From NCBI GenBank assembly GCA_009923445.1, contig RFTN01000003.1, forward strand, positions 65,260-129,259: 64,000 nt of DNA. The letters run 5' to 3'. The translations under genes and the position numbers were made by a program. Shown piece by piece: positions 59,729 through 64,000 of this stretch; positions within the stretch are counted from its first letter, which is position 1; each line of letters starts with the position of its first letter. The notes beneath the pieces were generated by a model, which worked only from the letters and a program-made list of their open reading frames with translations, searched no databases and had not been told where the DNA came from. The stretch is from a bacterium (GTDB taxonomy: Bacteria; Patescibacteriota; Saccharimonadia; Saccharimonadales; SZUA-47).

Positions 59729-59762
59729 GAAAAAAAAAATGGGTCTGAACTCATTTTTTATT
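59729..59762 (-). terminator. possible weak intrinsic terminator
   Basis: Minus RNA AAAAAUGAGU-UCAG-ACCCAUUUUU followed by a U-run (plus-strand A10 at 59730-59739). The stem has one mismatch and overlaps the stop codon of 59751..60566. Confidence 0.35.
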
Positions 59763-60566
59763 GTAGTCAACAAAAATTCCATCAAACTCTAGTTTTAAAA
59801 AGTCTCTGATTCCTTGTGCGTCAGGGTGTTTTAATAAAGCTTGCAGCAAACGATCCTGTTCACCATAATGGAAATGTTCAATGCCAGAACCAGTATTGAA
59901 AACTTTTTCTGCTCTAATCAAATTATATTTAATAAAGCATTTTAATTGAGTATTATTTTCCCAAAAAACAGGGTTTATATTTTTAATAGCTAATGCAAAA
60001 GCAGCAGTATATATACTAAATTCTAATGCTCCAGAAACAGCATTAGTTTTTTCTAAAGGTAAATTATTGTTATAGTCATCAATAGCACATTCCGCACCTA
60101 AAATATAGCAATTCCATTCATCTAATATGTATGTTGGAGTATCATCCCAATGTTGTATTTGATCGACCATATATAATTTATATCGACTAGATTTTAGTAT
60201 CTCAGGAATATAATTTTTTATATGTCTGATTTTAATATTGGGGGGTTCATCAATAATTACAGCTTTGTTTTTTAAACAATAGAAAACATTTACTGGTTTG
60301 TACAGAATTTTTCTATAATAATTTCTTAATTCATTATGTATGTAGTGTCCAGTTTCATGTACATCAGTATATCTACTATTGGTAGACTCTATTAATTGTG
60401 GTTTTATATGAGAAAGAACATCAGCATAAACAGACTTAATTACCTTAGAAGAATTATATGGTGTAACATGGATGAAAGATAATCCTTCAAAAGAATCATT
60501 AGAGTAGGCGTGTTGTATATTTATATAAAACAATAGTACCATGAAAATAATTATTTTAAAATTCAT
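59751..60566 (-). CDS. secreted HExxH-motif protein (putative zinc metallopeptidase)
   Basis: Signal-like MNFKIIIFMVLLFYINIQHAYS; YTDVHETGHYIHNE contains HExxH. Confidence 0.4.
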   Translation of the reverse strand: MNFKIIIFMVLLFYINIQHAYSNDSFEGLSFIHVTPYNSSKVIKSVYADVLSHIKPQLIESTNSRYTDVHETGHYIHNELRNYYRKILYKPVNVFYCLKNKAVIIDEPPNIKIRHIKNYIPEILKSSRYKLYMVDQIQHWDDTPTYILDEWNCYILGAECAIDDYNNNLPLEKTNAVSGALEFSIYTAAFALAIKNINPVFWENNTQLKCFIKYNLIRAEKVFNTGSGIEHFHYGEQDRLLQALLKHPDAQGIRDFLKLEFDGIFVDYNKK

Positions 60567-60594
60567 GGTACTCTATCCTAGATTGATTGATTAA

Positions 60595-60777
60595 TTATTC
60601 TTCATTTGGTAATACTAAAGCCAATAATAAATAAATCCAAAATACTAAACTTCCACTTAATATTGTGCCTAATATAAAAATGACCCTAAGAATAGATACA
60701 TCAATATTTAAATATTTGGCTAATCCACCACAGACGCCGAATAAAGTACGATTTTTAGACTTTGCCAGTTTATTCAT
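60595..60777 (-). CDS. PspC-domain membrane protein
   Basis: 60 aa; LFGVCGGLAKYLNIDVSILRVIFILGTIL then a TM helix, the PspC domain signature. Confidence 0.7.
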   Translation of the reverse strand: MNKLAKSKNRTLFGVCGGLAKYLNIDVSILRVIFILGTILSGSLVFWIYLLLALVLPNEE

Positions 60778-61051
60778 TATCTAGTTTCACTTTGACTATA
60801 ATATAGTTTGGATTATCTTGATCTATTAAATCTATATTTGTAACCCTTCCTCTGCCTAAAAAGTCTTTGCCAATGTGAATGAATGGTCCGCACTCAAAAT
60901 CCATATAGCTAATAGAATATTCGTTTTCTCCTCCAATTTTAACCTTATTAAATTCACCTTCAATTAAAAATTGATTATCAGTAATTTGAGTTAGAATTAG
61001 TTGTTTATCTTTTTTATAATAAGATATATTAGACACAAACAGACTCATCAA
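60770..61051 (-). CDS. hypothetical protein
   Basis: 93 aa ORF. Confidence 0.45.
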   Translation of the reverse strand: MMSLFVSNISYYKKDKQLILTQITDNQFLIEGEFNKVKIGGENEYSISYMDFECGPFIHIGKDFLGRGRVTNIDLIDQDNPNYIIVKVKLDNE

Positions 61052-61229
61052 TCATAGGTGGATTTTCTTTATTTTTTGACGTTAAACCCATAAGAACGTC
61101 TTTTAGTATGTTATTTTCATTTTCTAATTGATTAATAATATCTTCAGCTTGAGACAAAGCAACTTGTAAGTATTTAACTTTATTTGCTAACTCATCAGCT
61201 ATATAACTAGTCATAGTTTTAACTACCAC
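61029..61229 (-). CDS. small coiled-coil protein
   Basis: 66 aa; GTG start 5 nt after GGAGG. Confidence 0.45.
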   Translation of the reverse strand: MVVKTMTSYIADELANKVKYLQVALSQAEDIINQLENENNILKDVLMGLTSKNKENPPMIDESVCV

Positions 61230-61272
61230 ATTAACCTCCTTGGTAAATGGCTATTATATTATACACCGATAT

Positions 61273-61554
61273 CTATTCTAGATCTAGAGCATTAAGGAAG
61301 TTTTTTAAATCTAAGAGTTGTTTCTTGTTAAGTATGATTTGATCAGCATATGGTTTTTTATGTATCAAAACTCTATAACAATATTTTAAACGCTGCCAAA
61401 ATGACATCTTATATTCGTATGATTTTATATGTTCATAAATTGCAAAATCAGCAATATCAATTTCATGATCATATTCAATAGTTAAAATTTCACTTTTACA
61501 ATCACAAGGAATAAAAACGGTCTTATTTTCTTTTAGATTTGTTACGCTTCCCAT
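61273..61554 (-). CDS. hypothetical protein
   Basis: 93 aa ORF. Confidence 0.45.
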   Translation of the reverse strand: MGSVTNLKENKTVFIPCDCKSEILTIEYDHEIDIADFAIYEHIKSYEYKMSFWQRLKYCYRVLIHKKPYADQIILNKKQLLDLKNFLNALDLE

Positions 61555-61642
61555 GTTTAAAAATCCTATCGTAGTTTTTAGACCAAGTTTTATAGTCTAC
61601 ACTTTTCGGACGAGGACTAGATCCCTTGCCATTTTGACTCAT
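61523..61642 (-). CDS. small conserved basic protein (39 aa), below ORF-track cutoff
   Basis: Own translation MSQNGKGSSPRPKSVDYKTWSKNYDRIFKHGKRNKSKRK; GGAGG 8 nt upstream. The GSSPRP..V....(W/F)..N(Y/W)D.IF motif is recalled from many small phage ORFs. Confidence 0.5.
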   Translation of the reverse strand: MSQNGKGSSPRPKSVDYKTWSKNYDRIFKHGKRNKSKRK

Positions 61643-61645
61643 TTT

Positions 61646-62344
61646 TTAATCCTCCAGCACAAAACTCCAGTATCTACTATCTTCTTTCTTTTGAAGATTA
61701 TCCCAATAGATAGATCGTGCAATATAGGACGGTACTTTTAGTTTCCCGCAATTTACCATCCAGTGTCGCTCCATTTTTTTATAAATAGCAGAACCAATCT
61801 TACTTTTATTATATTTGAGAGCCTCTACATCGTAAAGTCTCAATTGATGAATATCTCCACAAAGAATTCTAGCTTCATTGGGATGAATCATCTCCAAAGC
61901 AAAACTAATTTTAGCCAATCCTATACCGCTAATCTTATCAAGAATACTATCTCTTTTCTTCACATGATACTTTTTGGTAGTTAGATAAAAATCTTTTGGA
62001 TTAGCCCAAAACTTTTGACTAAAATCCCAAATATAATTAGTTCTATTATTGTGTAGTCCTACTCCACTCTTATGGAGTTTTTCAAGGAGAGTTTCTTTGT
62101 TATCAATCCACCCATTAAAATTTTTGATAGCATTATAGCCCTTCACATTACCCTGCCAAGTAGTATGAACAGAACAATAAGCAAAAAGATAACGACGAAA
62201 AATATCGTCATTATTCTTAGGACGAACACTCTCCCAGTAGTCCTTATAAGCCACTACCTTATCTTTAGGGAAAGTCTTAAAAAACTCATCTGCCTTAGAG
62301 GTATTCATTACAACCGGCTTTTTTTCAAGAACTTCTTCAGTCAT
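61646..62344 (-). CDS. HhH-GPD-type DNA glycosylase-like protein
   Basis: ISGIGLAKISFALEMIHPNEARILCGDIH (helix-hairpin-helix plus Asp). Start moved to ATG 62344 because the ORF-track start lies inside the promoter -10 element. Confidence 0.5.
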   Translation of the reverse strand: MTEEVLEKKPVVMNTSKADEFFKTFPKDKVVAYKDYWESVRPKNNDDIFRRYLFAYCSVHTTWQGNVKGYNAIKNFNGWIDNKETLLEKLHKSGVGLHNNRTNYIWDFSQKFWANPKDFYLTTKKYHVKKRDSILDKISGIGLAKISFALEMIHPNEARILCGDIHQLRLYDVEALKYNKSKIGSAIYKKMERHWMVNCGKLKVPSYIARSIYWDNLQKKEDSRYWSFVLED

Positions 62345-62381
62345 ATTTGCTCCAATATTTGATTCCAAAGTGTATGCTACC

Positions 62382-62410
62382 ATTCTACACTAACAGTATC
62401 GGCTTGTCAA
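62382..62410 (-). promoter_or_regulatory. sigma70-like promoter TTGACA-17-TAGAAT
   Basis: Minus strand tacTTGACAagccgatactgttagtgTAGAAT just after the ligase stop. Confidence 0.65.
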
Positions 62411-62421
62411 GTACCTATTCT

Positions 62422-63738
62422 TTAGAATGTTCTAGCAGAACCGTGCAAAATTTTAAAAGTTGGAAAGCGTAAACTTATGCCGCCATCTTGATTTTGACTC
62501 TCACTAAAATATTGTACGGTAATAATTTTTCCTAAAATTTTCTTAGGATTCTTATAAAATTCCTGTCGTTGCTCAATACTAAAACCAGAACCAACCCTAA
62601 CATCATAACCTTTATGCTTAATAGTTACACAACTTAGCATAATTTCTTCATTTTCAGCACCATCTTTAACATAGCGGAATGGACCCATTTCTGTATCGAC
62701 TACCTCATATTCATCGTCAAAAAACTTTTTAACTTTCAGTAGGTCTTTACTACGCTTACCTTTATATGGTTCGTCTGCTCGTAGCATAACTCCTTCCCAG
62801 CCATAATCAGCAGCTTCTTTAACCCACTCTTGAAAATGCTCATCATTATGAATCAATTCTTGTTCAAGAAAGGTAAGGCACGAACATTCGTTCTTAGTCA
62901 TAATCTCTGTCAAATTTGCCAAACGAATAGAATAAGGACGATTTTTTTCACCATTCTTTCTGTAAAACTCATCATGCGTAATCATATCAAAAATCTTAAA
63001 GGACGGATTAGGAATAGTATGATCTTTCTTTTTCAGTTGTTTCATAATTCCTTGAAAGTCCTCATTACCATCTTCATCAACAAGACAAAGTTCTCCATCA
63101 AGAACTACATTGGTAATGTTAAGAGCCTTAATGCCATCAGAAACAATACCAAGAGTATCAAACTCTTTTCCTGTACGGGAGTAGAAAGTAGGGTTGCCAT
63201 TAGTATCAACAATAGCGATACATCTAGCACCGTCAATTTTTCTACTAACATACCATCCATCCTTCCAATCTACAAGTTTAGGCTCATATTTATCTGCTAA
63301 AGCAACACTAAATTCTGGAATAAGGTCTGGAATAGCTTTATTGATAATCTTATCCCCAGCACGGGTTTTCAAGTCTTTATCAATAATACAATAAATAAGT
63401 TCTTCGATATTGTCTTTCTTGGACTGACTATCAATAAAAGTATGAATTGCTCCGATAGCATCATGACCAGTAATTTGGCGGTTCTTTAGATCATCAAGAA
63501 GATCAAAGAAATTATTATAACTCTTACCTCTCAATGAATTTTTCTTCTTCAGATTATCGCTGGTTACATTATATTGCCACAACGGATGATATGTATAGAG
63601 CAAAATATTCTTAGCAAATTGTGCTGATGCTGTTTGATGATTACAATAATCCTCAATAATACCTTGCTTATCTATAGTGCTGCTTGTAGCCCTAAGATCA
63701 CGAACCATCCCCCAAACATAATTAAAATCGTGAGTCAT
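62422..63738 (-). CDS. ATP-dependent DNA ligase
   Basis: 438 aa; motif I VSRKIDGARC (KxDG), later DGELC and EGVMLR motifs, OB-like C-terminus; AGGAGA ribosome-binding site. Confidence 0.85.
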   Translation of the reverse strand: MTHDFNYVWGMVRDLRATSSTIDKQGIIEDYCNHQTASAQFAKNILLYTYHPLWQYNVTSDNLKKKNSLRGKSYNNFFDLLDDLKNRQITGHDAIGAIHTFIDSQSKKDNIEELIYCIIDKDLKTRAGDKIINKAIPDLIPEFSVALADKYEPKLVDWKDGWYVSRKIDGARCIAIVDTNGNPTFYSRTGKEFDTLGIVSDGIKALNITNVVLDGELCLVDEDGNEDFQGIMKQLKKKDHTIPNPSFKIFDMITHDEFYRKNGEKNRPYSIRLANLTEIMTKNECSCLTFLEQELIHNDEHFQEWVKEAADYGWEGVMLRADEPYKGKRSKDLLKVKKFFDDEYEVVDTEMGPFRYVKDGAENEEIMLSCVTIKHKGYDVRVGSGFSIEQRQEFYKNPKKILGKIITVQYFSESQNQDGGISLRFPTFKILHGSARTF

Positions 63739-63764
63739 TCCAAATTTCTCCTGTGTGTCTGGCT

Positions 63765-63793
63765 AGTATAGCATACGATACTCTCTTTGTCAA
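63765..63793 (-). promoter_or_regulatory. sigma70-like promoter TTGACA-17-TATACT
   Basis: Minus strand tacTTGACAaagagagtatcgtatgcTATACT upstream of the ligase. Confidence 0.65.
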
Positions 63794-63800
63794 GTATCGG

Positions 63801-64000
63801 TTATTTACGATTTGGCCTTGAGAGAAAATAATTCATAGCATTAACAATTCCCTCTAAATTATCTCCTAATTTACCGATACCAGTATTGCATTTATCGCAT
63901 AACCATCCTCTAAAACTGTCATCATCATGATCATGATCCAAGGCCCATTTGATAGGATTTTTTTTACAACACTCACACACACTTGGTTTTGGTGGTGCTT
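63801..64000 (-). CDS. endonuclease VII-family (T4 gp49-like/HNH-related) protein, C-terminal part; start beyond window end
   Basis: Absent from ORF track. Own translation ..APPKPSVCECCKKNPIKWALDHDHDDDSFRGWLCDKCNTGIGKLGDNLEGIVNAMNYFLSRPNRK*, the C..C...DHDH...RG.LC..CN..G signature. Confidence 0.75.
   Translation of the reverse strand, partial: APPKPSVCECCKKNPIKWALDHDHDDDSFRGWLCDKCNTGIGKLGDNLEGIVNAMNYFLSRPNRK

Noticed and set aside
59298-59809. ORFs 59298..59594 (-), 59326..59730 (+) and 59531..59809 (+)
   Set aside because: They are alternative-frame or antisense ORFs opened by the locally higher GC content. Only 59332..59613 has a strong ribosome-binding site (GGAGGT) and a promoter in the right place.
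1-64000. Prophage or mobile-element boundaries, integrase, transposase, or recoded stop codons
   Set aside because: No integrase, transposase or att-like features were seen. Conserved genes (guaC, nrdA, rIIA, ruvB, ligase) are uninterrupted under the standard code.

Overview
The window is a visibly AT-rich segment of a large double-stranded DNA phage, probably uncultured. I saw no integrase, transposase, rRNA or CRISPR array. About 100 tightly packed genes lie on the minus strand. Only a two-gene glycosyltransferase island (47.2-49.3 kb) lies on the plus strand.

Layout, in coordinate order (the minus-strand genes are transcribed in the opposite direction):
- 1-14 kb: replication and nucleotide metabolism. 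This includes a DnaE fragment, a Cas4-like nuclease, dNMP kinase, primase, DnaB, RecA-like recombinase, HNH and DUF559-like nucleases, PhoH, dUTPase, NrdA/NrdB and dCMP deaminase.
- 14-18 kb: small membrane proteins around a papain-like peptidase, a likely lysis or envelope module.
- 18-27 kb: tail-fibre and structural genes, including two glycine-rich paralogs.
- 27-34 kb: ClpP-like protease, a DeoC-like protein, a sigma factor, a bacterioferritin-like protein, GMP reductase and a deoxyribosyltransferase-like protein.
- 34-46 kb: four very Thr-rich and Cys-rich modular fibre-like genes.
- 47-51 kb: GT6 and GT61-like glycosyltransferases, then a subtilisin and a trypsin-like protease.
- 51-64 kb: an early-type region with RuvB plus a Zn-ribbon/RuvA-domain-III-like partner, rIIA/rIIB, a kinase-like protein, one tRNA, a PspC-domain protein, an HhH glycosylase, an ATP-dependent DNA ligase and an endonuclease VII fragment.

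Regulatory signals: ten sigma70-like promoters and many GGAG-type ribosome-binding sites are readable. This argues for a host that uses canonical sigma70 and Shine-Dalgarno signals.

Most interesting candidate: the mucin-like, cysteine-module fibre gene family together with the adjacent glycosyltransferase island, a possible phage-encoded virion glycosylation or adhesion system. Its largest gene is split by a single-base frameshift next to an 18-nt tandem repeat.

Limits: all functional calls come from motifs I recognised by eye. No database search was run. The ORF track allows GTG and TTG starts, so several starts were re-evaluated by hand.
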